DNA of 64,000 nucleotides, taken from contig OZ024741.1 of the NCBI GenBank assembly GCA_964016885.1, forward strand, positions 254,820,001-254,884,000, read 5' to 3'. Positions 27,001-42,000 of this stretch are shown here, piece after piece. Within the stretch, counting starts at the first letter, position 1, and every line of letters starts with the position of its first letter. The position numbers and the translations under genes were made by a program. The DNA is from Eledone cirrhosa. Lineage: Eukaryota. The notes under the pieces are model-generated. The model was not told where the DNA came from and did no database searches. It worked only from the letters and a program-made list of their open reading frames with translations.

Positions 27001-27700
27001 TGGCTTACGGTGTTTCGACTTACGAGTGTTTCGGCTTACGAGTGTTTTGACTTAAGGGTGTTTCGACTTACGAGTGTTTCGATACGAGTGTTTCGACTTA
27101 CGAGTGTTTCGGCTTACGAGTGTTTCGACTTACGAGTGTTTCGACTTACGAGTGTTCTGATTTACGGATGTTTCGACATACGAGTGTTTCGACTTACGAG
27201 TGTTTCGACTTACGAGTGTTCTGATTTACGATTGTTCTGACTTACGAGCGTTCTGACTTACGAGTGTTTCGGCTTACGAGTGTTTCGGCTTACGAGTGTT
27301 TCGACTTACGAGTGTTTCGACTTACGAGTGTTCCGACTTACGGGTGTTTCGACTTACGAGTGTTTTGGCTTACGGTGTTTCGATTTACGAGTGTTTCGAG
27401 TTAAGAGTGTTTTGACTTACGCGTGTTTTGACATACGAGTGTTCTGACTTACGAGTGTTCTGACTTACGAGTATTTTGACTTACGAGTGTTCTGACTTAC
27501 GAGTGTTCTGACTTACGAGTGTTCCGACTTTACGAGTGTTTCGGCTCACGAGTGTTTCGGCTTACGAGTGTTTCGACTTACGAAAATAACAAATAGACGC
27601 GGTTTCAAATCTCTATGCTTTTCAAATTCATTACATTAATCTTTATTTATACGTTTCGCTTTACGAGTGTTTCGACTTACAAGTGTTTCGACATACGAGT
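9100..27700 (+). repeat. Imperfect tandem duplication of an approximately 9.5-kb unit (about 9.1-18.0 kb vs 18.55-27.7 kb)
   Basis: Eight consecutive linkers recur at offsets of 9388-9706 bp. Shared rare variants: CTTACAAAAATAACATATAG (9741/19243), CAAATATCTA within the linker (13891/23279), TTTCCTCTTACGAAAA (15642/25348), CCGACGTTAC (16763/26469). Boundaries are approximate. Confidence 0.85.
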
Positions 27701-30700
27701 GTTTCGACTTACGAATGTTTTTGCTTACGGGTGTTTCGACTTACGAATGTTTTTGCTTACGAGTGTTTCGGTTTACGAGTGTTCCGACTTACGAGTGTTC
27801 CGACTTACGAGTGTTTCGGCTTACGAGTGTTTCCAGCTTACGAGTGTTTCGACTTACTAGTGTTTCGACTTACGAGTGTTTCGAATTACGAGTGTTTCGA
27901 CTTACGAGTGTTTTGACTTACGGGTGTTTTGACATACGAGTGTTTCGATACGAGTGTTTCGACTTACGAGTGTTCTGACTTACGAGTGTTCTGACTTACG
28001 AGTGTTCTGACTTACAAGTGTTCTTACTTACGAGTGTTCCGACTTACGAGTGTTCCGACTTACGAGTGTTTCGGCTTACGAATGTTTCGACTTACGAGTG
28101 TTTCGACTTACGAGTGTTCCGACTTACGGGTGTTTCGACTTACGAGTGTTTTGGCTTACGGTGTTTCGGCTTACGAGTGTTTCGAGTTACGAGTGTTTTG
28201 ACTTACGCGTGTTTTGACATACGAGTGTTTCGATACGAGTGTTCTGACTTACGAGTGTTCTGCCTTACGAGTGTTCTGACTTACGAGTGTTCTGACTTAC
28301 GAGTGTTCCGACTTTACGAGTGTTTCGGCTCACGAGTGTTTCGGCTTACGAGTGTTTCGACTTACGAAAATAACAAATAGACGCGGTTTCAAATCTCTAT
28401 GCTTTTCAAATTCATTACATTAATCTTTATTTATACGTTTCGCTTTACGAGTGTTTCGACTTACGAGTGTTTCGACATACGAGTGTTTCGGCTTACGAGT
28501 GTTTTGATTTACGAGTGTTTTGACTTACGGGTGCTTCGACTTACGCGTGTTTCGACTTACGAGTGTTTCGACTTACGAGTGTTTCGGCTTACGAGTGTTT
28601 TGACTTACGAATGTTTTGACTTACGATTGTTTCGGCTTACAAGTGTTTCGACTTACGAGTGTTCTGACTACGAGTGTTCTGACTTACGGGTGTTTCGGCT
28701 TATGAGTGTTTCGACTTACGAGTGTTCTGACTACGAGTGTTTCGACTTACGAGTGTTCTGACTACGAGTGTTCTGACTTACGGGTGTTCTGACTTACGAG
28801 TGTTCCGACTTACGAGTGCTTCGACTTACGAGTGTTTCGGCTTACGGGTGTTTCGACTTACGAATGTTTTTGCTTACGAGTGTTTCGGCTTACGAGTGTT
28901 TCGGCTTATGAGTGTTTCGACTTACGAGTGTTTTGACTTACGGGTGTTTTGACATACGAGTGTTTCGATACGAGTGTTCTGAGTTACGAGTGTTTCCGCT
29001 TACGAGTGTTTCGGCTTACGAGTGTTGCGACTTACTAATGTTTTTACTTATGAGTGTTTCGGTGTAAGAGTGTTTCGACTTAACGATGTTTCGACTTACG
29101 AGTGTTTCGACTTACGAGTGTTTCGACTTACGATTGTTCCGACTTACGAGTGTTTCGGCTTATGAGTGTTTCGACTTACGGGCGTTTCGACTTACGGGTG
29201 TTTCGACTTACGAGTGTTTCGACTTACGAGTGTTTCGACTTACGAGTGTTTCGACTTACGAGTGTTCTGATTTACGGATGTTTCGACATACGAGTGTTTC
29301 GACTTACGAGTGTTTCGACTTACGAGTGTTTTGACTTACGTGTGTTTTGACATACGAGTGTTTCGATACGAGTGTTTCGACTTACGATTGTTCTGACTTA
29401 CGATTGTACTGACTTACGAGCGTTCTGACTTACGAGTGTTTCGGCTTACGAGTGTTTCGGCTTACGAGTGTTTCGACTTACGAGTGTTTCGACTTACGAG
29501 TGTTCCGACTTACGGGTGTTTCGACTTACGAGTGTTTTAGCTTACGGTGTTTCGACTTACGAGTGTTTCGAGTTAAGAGTGTTTTGACTTACGCGTGTTT
29601 TGACATAGGAGTGTTCTGACTTACGAGTGTTCTGACTTACGAGTGTTCTGACTTACGAGTGTTCTGACTTACGAGTGTTCCGACTTTACGAGTGTTTCGG
29701 CTCACGAGTGTTTCGGCTTACGAGTGTTTCGACTTACGAAAATAACAAATAGACGCGGTTTCAAATCTCTATGCTTTTCAAATTCATTACATTAATCTTT
29801 ATTTATACGTTTCGCTTTACGAGTGTTTCGACTTACGAGTGTTTCGACATACGAGTGTTTCGACTTACGAATGTTTTTGCTTACGGGTGTTTCGACTTAC
29901 GAATGTTTTTGCTTACGAGTGTTTCGGTTTACGAGTGTTCCGACTTACGAGTGTTCCGACTTACGAGTGTTTCGGCTTACGAGTGTTTCCGGCTTACGAG
30001 TGTTTCGACTTACGAGTGTTTCGACTTACGAGTGTTTTGACTTACGGTGTTTCGGCTTACGAGTGATTAGACTTACGAGTGTTTTGACTTACGGGTGTTT
30101 TGACTTACGGGTGTTGTGAATTACGAGTGTTCCGATTTACGAGTGTTTTGACTTACGGTGTTTCGGCTTACAAGTGATTCGACTTACGAATGTTTTGACT
30201 TACGGGTGTTTCGGCTTGCGAGTATTTCGACTTACGAGTGTTTCGGCTTATGAGTGTTTCGACTTACTAATGTTTTTACTTACGAGTGTTTCGGCGTACG
30301 AATGTTTTGACTTACGAGTGTTTCGACTTACGAGTGTTTTGACTTACGAATGTTTTGACTTACGGGTGTTTCGGCTTACGAGTGTTTCGACTTACGAGTG
30401 TTTCGGCTTGCGAGTGTTTCGACTTACTAATGTTTTTACTTACGAGTGTTTCGGCGTACGAGTGTTTCGACTTACGAGTGTTTCGACTTACGGGTGTTTT
30501 GACTTACGGGTGTTTCGGCTTACGAGTGTTTCGACTTACGAGTGTTTTGACTTAAGGGTGTTTCGACTTACGAGTGTTTCGACTTACGAGTGTTTCGACT
30601 TACGGCTGTTTCGACTTACGAGTGTTCTGACTTACGAGTGTTCTGATTTACGGATGTTTCGACACACGAGTGTTTCGGCTTACGAGTGTTTCGAGTTACG

Positions 30701-33700
30701 AGTGTTTTGACTTACGCGTGTTTTGACATACGAGTGTTTCGATACGAGTGTTCTGACTTACGAGTGTTCTGACTTACGAGTGTTCTGACTTACGAGTGTT
30801 CCGACTTTACGAGTGTTTCGGCTCACGAGTGTTTCGGCTTACGAGTGTTTCGACTTACGAAAATAACAAATAGACGCGGTTTCAAATCTCTATGCTTTTC
30901 AAATTCATTACATTAATCTTTATTTATACGTTTCGCTTTACGAGTGTTTCGACTTACGAGTGTTTCGACATACGAGTGTTTCGGCTTACGAGTGTTTTGA
31001 TTTACGAGTGTTTTGACTTACGGGTGCTTCGACTTACGCGTGTTTCGACTTACGTGTGTTTCGACTTACGAGTGTTTCGACTTACGAGTGTTTCGGCTGG
31101 CGAGTGTTTCGACTTACGAGTGTTTTGACTTAAGGGTGTTTCGACTTACGAGTGTTTCGACTTACGAGTGTTTCGGCGTACGAGTGTTTTGACTTACGAG
31201 TGTTTCGACTTACGAGTGTTTTGACTTACGAATGTTTTGACTTACGGGTGTTTCGGCTTACGAGTGTTTCGACTTACGAGTGTTTCGGCTTACGAGTGTT
31301 TCGACTTACTAATGTTTTTACTTACGAGTGTTTCGGCGTACGAGTGTTTCGACTTACGAGTGTTTCGACTTACGGGTGTTTTGACTTACGGGTGTTTCGG
31401 CTTACGAGTGTTTCGACTTACGAGTGTTTCGACTTACGGGTGTTTCGATTACGAGTGTTTTGGCTTACGGTGTTTCGACTTACGAGTGTTTCGGCTTACG
31501 AGTGTTTTGACTTAAGGGTGTTTCGACTTACGAGTGTTTCGATACGAGTGTTTCGACTTACGAGTGTTTCGGCTTACGAGTGTTTCGACTTACGAGTGTT
31601 TCGACTTACGAGTGTTCTGATTTACGGATGTTTCGACATACGAGTGTTTCGACTTACGAGTGTTTCGACTTACGAGTGTTCTGACTTACGATTGTTCTGA
31701 CTTACGAGCGTTCTGACTTACGAGTGTTTCGGCTTACGAGTGTTTCGGCTTACGAGTGTTTCGACTTACGAGTGTTTCGACTTACGAGTGTTCCGACTTA
31801 CGGGTGTTTCGACTTACGAGTGTTTTGGCTTACGGTGTTTCGATTTACGAGTGTTTCGAGTTAAGAGTGTTTTGACTTACGCGTGTTTTGACATACGAGT
31901 GTTCTGACTTACGAGTGTTCTGACTTACGAGTATTTTGACTTACGAGTGTTCTGACTTACGAGTGTTCTGACTTAAGAGTGTTCCGACTTTACGAGTGTT
32001 TCGGCTCACGAGTGTTTCGGCTTACGAGTGTTTCGACTTACGAAAATAACAAATAGACGCGGTTTCAAATCTCTATGCTTTTCAAATTCATTACATTAAT
32101 CTTTATTTATACGTTTCGCTTTACGTGTGTTTCGACTTACAAGTGTTTCGACATACGAGTGTTTCGACTTACGAATGTTTTTGCTTACGGGTGTTTCGAC
32201 TTACGAATGTTTTTGCTTACGAGTGTTTCGGTTTACGAGTGTTCCGACTTACGAGTGTTCCGACTTACGAGTGTTTCGGCTTACGAGTGTTTCCAGCTTA
32301 CGAGTGTTTCGACTTACGAGTGTTTCGACTTACGAGTGTTTCGAATTACGAGTGTTTCGACTTACGAGTGTTTTGACTTACGGGTGTTTTGACATACGAG
32401 TGTTTCGATACGAGTGTTTCGACTTACGAGTGTTCTGACTTACGAGTGTTCTGACTTACGAGTGTTCTGACTTACAAGTGTTCTTACTTACGAGTGTTCC
32501 GACTTACGAGTGTTCCGACTTACGAGTGTTTCGGCTTACGAATGTTTCGACTTACGAGTGTTTCGACTTACGAGTGTTCCGACTTACGGGTGTTTCGACT
32601 TACGAGTGTTTTGGCTTACGGTGTTTCGGCTTACGAGTGTTTCGAGTTACGAGTATTTTGACTTACGCGTGTTTTGACATACGAGTGTTTCGATACGAGT
32701 GTTCTGACTTACGAGTGTTCTGCCTTACAAGTGTTCTGACTTACGAGTGTTCTGACTTACGAGTGTTCCGACTTTACGAGTGTTTCGGCTCACGAGTGTT
32801 TCGGCTTACGAGTGTTTCGACTTACGAAAATAACAAATAGACGCGGTTTCAAATCTCTATGCTTTTCAAATTCATTACATTAATCTTTATTTATACGTTT
32901 CGCTTTACGAGTGTTTCGACTTACGAGTGTTTCGACATACGAGTGTATCGGCTTACGCGGCTTACGAGTGTTTTGATTTACGAGTGTTTTGACTTACGGG
33001 TGCTTCGACTTACGCGTGTTTCGACTTACGAGTGTTTCGACTTACGAGTGTTTCGGCTTACGAGTGTTTTGACTTACGAATGTTTTGACTTACGATTGTT
33101 TCGGCTTACGAGTGTTTCGACTTACGAGTGTTCTGACTACGAGTGTTCTGACTTACGGGTGTTCTGACTTACGAGTGTTCCGACTTACGAGTGTTTCGGC
33201 TTATGAGTGTTTCGACTTACGAGTGTTCTGACTACGAGTGTTTCGACTTACGAGTGTTCTGACTACGAGTGTTCTGACTTACGGGTGTTCTGACTTACGA
33301 GTGTTCCGACTTACGAGTGCTTCGACTTACGAGTGTTTCGGCTTACGGGTGTTTCGACTTACGAATGTTTTTGCTTACGAGTGTTTCGGCTTACGAGTGT
33401 TTCGGCTTATGAGTGTTTTGACATACGAGTGTTTCGATACGAGTGTTCTGAGTTACGAGTGTTTCCGCTTACGAGTGTTTCGGCTTACGAGTGTTTCGAC
33501 TTACTAATGTTTTTACTTACGAGTGTTTCGGTGTAAGAGTGTTTCGACTTAACGATGTTTCGACTTACGAGTGTTTCGACTTACGAGTGTTTCGACTTAC
33601 GAGTGTTCCGACTTACGAGTGTTTGGGCTTATGAGTGTTTCGACTTACGGGCGTTTCGACTTACGGGTGTTTCGACTTACGAGTGTTTTGACTTACGAGT

Positions 33701-34590
33701 GTTCTGACTTACGAGTGTTCTGACTTACGAGTGTTCCGACTTACGACTGTTTCGACTTACGAGTGTTTTGACTTACGAGTGTTCCGACTTACGAGTGTTT
33801 CGGCTTACGGGTGTTTCGACGTACGAGTATTTTTGGCTTACGAGTGTTCCGACTTACGAGTGTCTCGGCTTACGAGTGTTTCGGCTTACGAGTGTTTCGA
33901 CTTACGAGTGTTTCGACTTACGAGTGTTCCGACTTACGGGTGTTTCGACTTACGAGTGTTTTGGCTTACGGTGTTTCGACTTACGAGTGTTTCGGCTTAC
34001 GAGTGTTTTGACTTAAGGGTGTTTCGACTTACGAGTGTTTCGATACGAGTGTTTCGACTTACGAGTGTTTCGGCTTACGAGTGTTTCGACTTACAAGTGT
34101 TTCGACTTACGAGTGTTCTGATTTACGGATGTTTCGACATACGAGTGTTTCGACTTACGAGTGTTTCGACTTACGAGTGTTTTGACTTACGTGTGTTTTG
34201 ACATACGAGTGTTTCGATACGAGTGTTTCGACTTACGATTGTTCTGACTTACGATTGTACTGACTTACGAGCGTTCTGACTTACGAGTGTTTCGGCTTAC
34301 GAGTGTTTCGGCTTACGAGTGTTTCGACTTACGGGTGTTTCGACTTACGAGTGTTCCGACTTACGGGTGTTTCGACTTACGAGTGTTTTGGCTTACGGTG
34401 TTTCGACTTACGAGTGTTTCGAGTTAAGAGTGTTTTGACTTACGCGTGTTTTGACATACGAGTGTTCTGACTTACGAGTGTTCTGACTTACGAGTGTTCT
34501 GACTTACGAGTGTTCTGACTTACGAGTGATTCGACTTTACGAGTGTTTCGGCTCACGAGTGTTTCGGCTTACGAGTGTTTCGACTTACGA
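10864..34590 (+). repeat. Four-block higher-order repeat A-B-C-D (about 4.4-5.0 kb per cycle)
   Basis: Markers: A = GTGATTAGAC/GTTGTGAATTAC; B = GGCTGGCGAG; C = short 703-784 bp block with TTTCCAGC and/or ACAAGTGTTCTTAC; D = CTGACTACGAG plus GGTGTAAGAG…TTAACGATG. Complete cycles start at linkers 10864, 20352, 25361 and 29740, and again at 45310 (5772 bp). Confidence 0.85.
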
Positions 34591-36011
34591 AAATAACAAA
34601 TAGACGCGGTTTCAAATCTCTATGCTTTTCAAATTCATTACATTAATCTTTATTTATACGTTTCGCTTTACGAGTGTTTCGACTTACGAGTGTTTCGACA
34701 TACGAGTGTTTCGACTTACGAATGTTTTTGCTTACGGGTGTTTCGACTTACGAATGTTTTTGCTTACGAGTGTTTCGGTTTACGAGTGTTCCGACTTACG
34801 AGTGTTCCGACTTACGAGTGTTTCGGCTTACGAGTGTTTCCGGCTTACGAGTGTTTCGACTTACGAGTGTTTCGACTTACGAGTGTTTTGACTTACGGTG
34901 TTTCGGCTTACGAGTGATTAGACTTACGAGTGTTTTGACTTACGGGTGTTTTGACTTACGGGTGTTGTGAATTACGAGTGTTCCGATTTACGAGTGTTTT
35001 GACTTACGGTGTTTCGGCTTACAAGTGATTCGACTTACGAATGTTTTGACTTACGGGTGTTTCGGCTTGCGAGTATTTCGACTTACGAGTGTTTCGGCTT
35101 ATGAGTGTTTCGACTTACTAATGTTTTTACTTACGAGTGTTTCGGCGTACGAGTGTTTCGACTTACGAGTGTTTCGACTTACGGGTGTTTTGACTTACGG
35201 GTGTTTCGGCTTATGAGTGTTTCGACTTACTAATGTTTTTACTTACGAGTGTTTCGGCGTACGAGTGTTTGACTTACGAGTGTTTTGACTTACGAGTGTT
35301 TTGACTTACGAATGTTTTGACTTACGGGTGTTTCGGCTTACGAGTGTTTCGACTTACGAGTGTTTCGGCTTGCGAGTGTTTCGACTTACTAATGTTTTTA
35401 CTTACGAGTGTTTCGGCGTACGAGTGTTTCGACTTACGAGTGTTTCGACTTACGGGTGTTTTGACTTACGGGTGTTTCGGCTTACGAGTGTTTCGACTTA
35501 CGAGTGTTTTGACTTAAGGGTGTTTCGACTTACGAGTGTTTCGACTTAGGAGTAATTTGACTTACGGGTGTTTTGACATACGAGTGTTTCGATACGAGTG
35601 TTTCGACTTACGAGTGTTCTGACTTACGAGTGTTCTGACTTACGAGTGTCCTGACTTACAAGTGTTCTTACTTACGAGTGTTCCGACTTACGAGTGTTCC
35701 GACTTACGAGTGTTTCGGCTTACGAATGTTTCGACTTACGAGTGTTTCGACTTACGAGTGTTCCGACTTACGGGTGTTTCGACTTACGAGTGTTTTGGCT
35801 TACGGTGTTTCGGCTTACGAGTGTTTCGAGTTACGAGTGTTTTGACTTACGCGTGTTTTGACATACGAGTGTTTCGATACGAGTGTTCTGACTTACGAGT
35901 GTTCTGCCTTACGAGTGTTCTGACTTACGAGTGTTCTGACTTACGAGTGTTCCGACTTTACGAGTGTTTCGGCTCACGAGTGTTTCGGCTTACGAGTGTT
36001 TCGACTTACGA

Positions 36012-39000
36012 AAATAACAAATAGACGCGGTTTCAAATCTCTATGCTTTTCAAATTCATTACATTAATCTTTATTTATACGTTTCGCTTTACGAGTGTTT
36101 CGACTTACGAGTGTTTCGACATACGAGTGTTTCGGCTTACGAGTGTTTTGATTTACCAGTGTTTTGACTTACGGGTGCTTCGACTTACGCGTGTTTCGAA
36201 TTACGAGTGTTTCGACTTACGAGTGTTTCGGCTTACGAGTGTTTTGACTTACGAATGTTTTGACTTACGATTGTTTCGGCTTACGAGTGTTTCGACTTAC
36301 GAGTGTTCTGACTACGAGTGTTCTGACTTACGGGTGTTCTGACTTACGAGTGTTCCGACTTACGAGTGTTTCGGCTTATGAGTGTTTCGACTTACGAGTG
36401 TTCTGACTACGAGTGTTTCGACTTACGAGTGTTCTGACTACGAGTGTTCTGACTTACGGGTGTTCTGACTTACGAGTGTTCCGACTTACGAGTGCTTCGA
36501 CTTACGAGTGTTTCGGCTTACGGGTGTTTCGACGTACGAATGTTTTTGCTTACGAGTGTTTCGGCTTACGAGTGTTTCGGCTTATGAGTGTTTCGACTTA
36601 CGAGTGTTTTGACTTACGGGTGTTTTGACATACGAGTGTTTCGATACGAGTGTTCTGACTTACGAGTGTTTCCGCTTACGAGTGTTTCGGCTTACGAGTG
36701 TTGCGACTTACTAATGTTTTTACTTACGAGTGTTTCGGTGTAAGAGTGTTTCGACTTAACGATGTTTTGACTTACGAGTGTTTCGACTTACGAGTGTTTC
36801 GACTTACGATTGTTCCGACTTACGAGTGTTTCGGCTTATGAGTGTTTCGACTTACGGGCGTTTCGACTTACGGGTGTTTCGACTTACGAGTGTTTAGGCT
36901 TATGAGTGTTTCGATTTACGAGTGTTTTGACTTACGGGTGTTTTGACATACGAGTGTTTCGATACGAGTGTTCTGACTTACGAGTGTTTCCGCTTACGAG
37001 TGTTTCGGCTTACGAGTGTTTCGACTTACTAATGTTTTTACTTACGAGTGTTTCGGTGTAAGAGTGTTTCTACTTAACGATGTTTCGACTTACGAGTGTT
37101 TCGACTTACGAGTGTTTCGACTTACGAGTGTTCCGACTTACGAGTGTTTCGGCATATGAGTGTTTCGACTTACGGGCGTTTCGACTTACGGGTGTTTCGA
37201 CTTACGAGTGTTTTGACTTACGAGTATTCTGACTTACCAGTGTTCTGACTTACGAGTGTTCCGACTTACGACTGTTTCGACTTACGAGTGTTTTGACTTA
37301 CGAGTGTTCCGACTTACGAGTGTTTCGGCTTACGGGTGTTTCGACGTACGAGTATTTTTGGCTTACGAGTGTTCCGACTTACGAGTGTCTCGGCTTACGA
37401 GTGTTTCGGCTTACGAGTGTTTCGACTTACAAGTGTTTCGACTTACGAGTGTTCCGACTTACGTGTGTTTCGACTTACGAGTGTTTTGGCTTACGGTGTT
37501 TCGACTTACGAGTGTTTCGGCTTACGAGTGTTTTGAGTTAAGGGTGTTTCGACTTACGAGTGTTTCGATACGAGTGTTTCGACTTACGAGTGTTTCGGCT
37601 TACGAGTGTTTCGACTTACGAGTGTTTCGACTTACGAGTGTTCTCATTTACGGATGTTTCGACATACGAGTGCTTCGACTTACGAGTGTTTCGACTTACG
37701 AGTGTTTTGACTTACGTGTGTTTTGACATACGAGTGTTTCGATACGAGTGTTTCGACTTACGATTGTTCTGACTTACGATTGTACTGACTTACGAGCGTT
37801 CTGACTTACGAGTGTTTCGGCTTACGAGTGTTTCGGCTTACAAGTGTTCTTACTTACGAGTGTTCCGACTTACGGGTGTTTCGACTTACGAGTGTTTTGG
37901 CTTACGGTGTTATGGCTTACGAGTGTTTCGAGTTACGAGTGTTTTGACTTACGCGTGTTTTGACATACGAGTGTTTCGATACGAGTGTTCTGACTTACGA
38001 GTGTTCTGCCTTACGAGTGTTCTGACTTACGAGTGTTCTGACTTACGAGTGTTCCGACTTTACGAGTGTTTCGGCTCACGAGTGTTTCGGCTTACGAGTG
38101 TTTCGACTTACGAAAATAACAAATAGACGCGGTTTCAAATCTCTATGCTTTTCAAATTCATTACATTAATCTTTATTTATACGTTTCGCTTTACGAGTGT
38201 TTCGACTTACGAGTGTTTCGACATACGAGTGTTTCGACTTACGAATGTTTTTGCTTACGGGTGTTTCGACTTACGAATGTTTTTGCTTACGAGTGTTTCG
38301 GTTTACGAGTGTTCCGACTTACGAGTGTTCCGACTTACGAGTGTTTCGGCTTACGAGTGTTTCCGGCTTACGAGTGTTTCGACTTACGAGTGTTTCGACT
38401 TACGAGTGTTTTGACTTACGGTGTTTCGGCTTACGAGTGATTAGACTTACGAGTGTTTTGACTTACGGGTGTTTAGACTTACGGGTGTTGTGAATTACGA
38501 GTGTTCCGATTTACGAGTGTTTTGACTTACGGTGTTTCGGCTTACAAGTGATTCGACTTACGAATGTTTTGACTTACGGGTGTTTCGGCTTGCGAGTATT
38601 TCGACTTACGAGTGTTTCGGCTTATGAGTGTTTCGACTTACTAATGTTTTTACTTACGAGTGTTTCGGCGTACGAGTGTTTTGACTTACGAGTGTTTCGA
38701 CTTACGAGTGTTTTGACTTACGAATGTTTTGACTTACGGGTGTTTCGGCTTACGAGTGTTTCGACTTACGAGTGTTTCGGCTTGCGAGTGTTTCGACTTA
38801 CTAATGTTTTTACTTACGAGTGTTTCGGCGTACGAGTGTTTCGACTTACGAGTGTTTCGACTTACGGGTGTTTTGACTTACGGGTGTTTCGGCTTACGAG
38901 TGTTTCGACTTACGAGTGTTTTGACTTAAGGGTGTTTCGACTTACGAGTGTTTCGACTTAGGAGTGTTTTGACTTACGGGTGTTTTGACATACGAGTGTT

Positions 39001-42000
39001 CCGACTTACGAGTGTTCCGACTTACGAGTGTTTCGGCTTACGAATGTTTCGACTTACGAGTGTTTCGACTTACGAGTGTTCCGACTTACGGGTGTTTCGA
39101 CTTACGAGTGTTTTGGCTTACGGTGTTTCGGCTTACGAGTGTTTCGAGTTACGAGTGTTTTGACTTACGCGTGTTTTGACATACGAGTGTTTCGATACGA
39201 GTGTTCTGACTTACGAGTGTTCTGCCTTACGAGTGTTCTGACTTACGAGTGTTCTGACTTACGAGTGTTCCGACTTTACGAGTGTTTCGGCTCACGAGTG
39301 TTTCGGCTTACGAGTGTTTCGACTTACGAAAATAACAAATAGACGCGGTTTCAAATCTCTATGCTTTTCAAATTCATTACATTAATCTTTATTTATACGT
39401 TTCGCTTTACGAGTGTTTCGACTTACGAGTGTTTCGACATACGAGTGTTTCGGCTTACGAGTGTTTTGATTTACCAGTGTTTTGACTTACGGGTGCTTCG
39501 ACTTACGCGTGTTTCGAATTACGAGTGTTTCGACTTACGAGTGTTTCGGCTTACGAGTGTTTTGACTTACGAATGTTTTGACTTACGATTGTTTCGGCTT
39601 ACGAGTGTTTCGACTTACGAGTGTTCTGACTACGAGTGTTCTGACTTACGGGTGTTCTGACTTACGAGTGTTCCGACTTACGAGTGTTTCGGCTTATGAG
39701 TGTTTCGACTTACGAGTGTTCTGACTACGAGTGTTTCGACTTACGAGTGTTCTGACTACGAGTGTTCTGACTTACGGGTGTTCTGACTTACGAGTGTTCC
39801 GACTTACGAGTGCTTCGACTTACGAGTGTTTCGGCTTACGGGTGTTTCGACTTACGAATGTTTTTGCTTACGAGTGTTTCGGCTTACGAGTGTTTCGGCT
39901 TATGAGTGTTTCGACTTACGAGTGTTTTGACTTACGGGTGTTTTGACATACGAGTGTTTCGATACGAGTGTTCTGACTTACGAGTGTTTCCGCTTACGAG
40001 TGTTTCGGCTTACGAGTGTTGCGACTTACTAATGTTTTTACTTACGAGTGTTTCGGTGTAAGAGTGTTTCGACTTAACGATGTTTTGACTTACGAGTGTT
40101 TCGACTTACGAGTGTTTCGACTTACGATTGTTCCGACTTACGAGTGTTTCGGCTTATGAGTGTTTCGACTTACGGGCGTTTCGACTTACGGGTGTTTCGA
40201 CTTACGAGTGTTTAGGCTTATGAGTGTTTCGATTTACGAGTGTTTTGACTTACGGGTGTTTTGACATACGAGTGTTTCGATACGAGTGTTCTGACTTACG
40301 AGTGTTTCCGCTTACGAGTGTTTCGGCTTACGAGTGTTTCGACTTACTAATGTTTTTACTTACGAGTGTTTCGGTGTAAGAGTGTTTCTACTTAACGATG
40401 TTTCGACTTACGAGTGTTTCGACTTACGAGTGTTTCGACTTACGAGTGTTCCGACTTACGAGTGTTTCGGCATATGAGTGTTTCGACTTACGGGCGTTTC
40501 GACTTACGGGTGTTTCGACTTACGAGTGTTTTGACTTACGAGTGTTCTGACTTACGAGTGTTCTGACTTACGAGTGTTCCGACTTACGACTGTTTCGACT
40601 TACGAGTGTTTTGACTTACGAGTGTTCCGACTTACGAGTCTTTCGGCTTACGGGTGTTTCGACGTACGAGTATTTTTGGCTTACGAGTGTTCCGACTTAC
40701 GAGTGTCTCGGCTTACGAGTGTTTCGGCTTACGAGTGTTTCGACTTACAAGTGTTTCGACTTACGAGTGTTCCGACTTACGTGTGTTTCGACTTACGAGT
40801 GTTTTGGCTTACGGTGTTTCGACTTACGAGTGTTTCGGCTTACGAGTGTTTTGACTTAAGGGTGTTTCGACTTACGAGTGTTTCGATACGAGTGTTTCGA
40901 CTTACGAGTGTTTCGGCTTACGAGTGTTTCGACTTACGAGTGTTTCGACTTACGAGTGTTCTGATTTACGGATGTTTCGACATACGAGTGTTTCGACTTA
41001 CGAGTGTTTCGACTTACGAGTGTTTTGACTTACGTGTGTTTTGACATACGAGTGTTTCGATACGAGTGTTTCGACTTACGATTGTTCTGACTTACGCTTG
41101 TACTGACTTACGAGCGTTCTGACTTACGAGTGTTTCGGCTTACGAGTGTTTCGGCTTACAAGTGTTCTTACTTACGAGTGTTCCGACTTACGGGTGTTTC
41201 GACTTACGAGTGTTTTGGCTTACGGTGTTATGGCTTACGAGTGTTTCGAGTTACGAGTGTTTTGACTTACGCGTGTTTTGACATACGAGTGTTTCGATAC
41301 GAGTGTTCTGACTTACGAGTGTTCTGCCTTACGAGTGTTCTGACTTACGAGTGTTCTGACTTACGAGTGTTCCGACTTTACGAGTGTTTCGGCTCACGAG
41401 TGTTTCGGCTTACGAGTGTTTCGACTTACGAAAATAACAAATAGACGCGGTTTCAAATCTCTATGCTTTTCAAATTCATTACATTAATCTTTATTTATAC
41501 GTTTCGCTTTACGAGTGTTTCGACTTACGAGTGTTTCGACATACGAGTGTTTCGACTTACGAATGTTTTTGCTTACGGGTGTTTCGACTTACGAATGTTT
41601 TTGCTTACGAGTGTTTCGGTTTACGAGTGTTCCGACTTACGAGTGTTCCGACTTACGAGTGTTTCGGCTTACGAGTGTTTCCGGCTTACGAGTGTTTCGA
41701 CTTACGAGTGTTTCGACTTACGAGTGTTTTGACTTACGGTGTTTCGGCTTACGAGTGATTAGACTTACGAGTGTTTTGACTTACGGGTGTTTTGACTTAC
41801 GGGTGTTGTGAATTACGAGTGTTCCGATTTACGAGTGTTTTGACTTACGGTGTTTCGGCTTACAAGTGATTCGACTTACGAATGTTTTGACTTACGGGTG
41901 TTTCGGCTTGCGAGTATTTCGACTTACGAGTGTTTCGGCTTATGAGTGTTTCGACTTACTAATGTTTTTACTTACGAGTGTTTCGGCGTACGAGTGTTTT

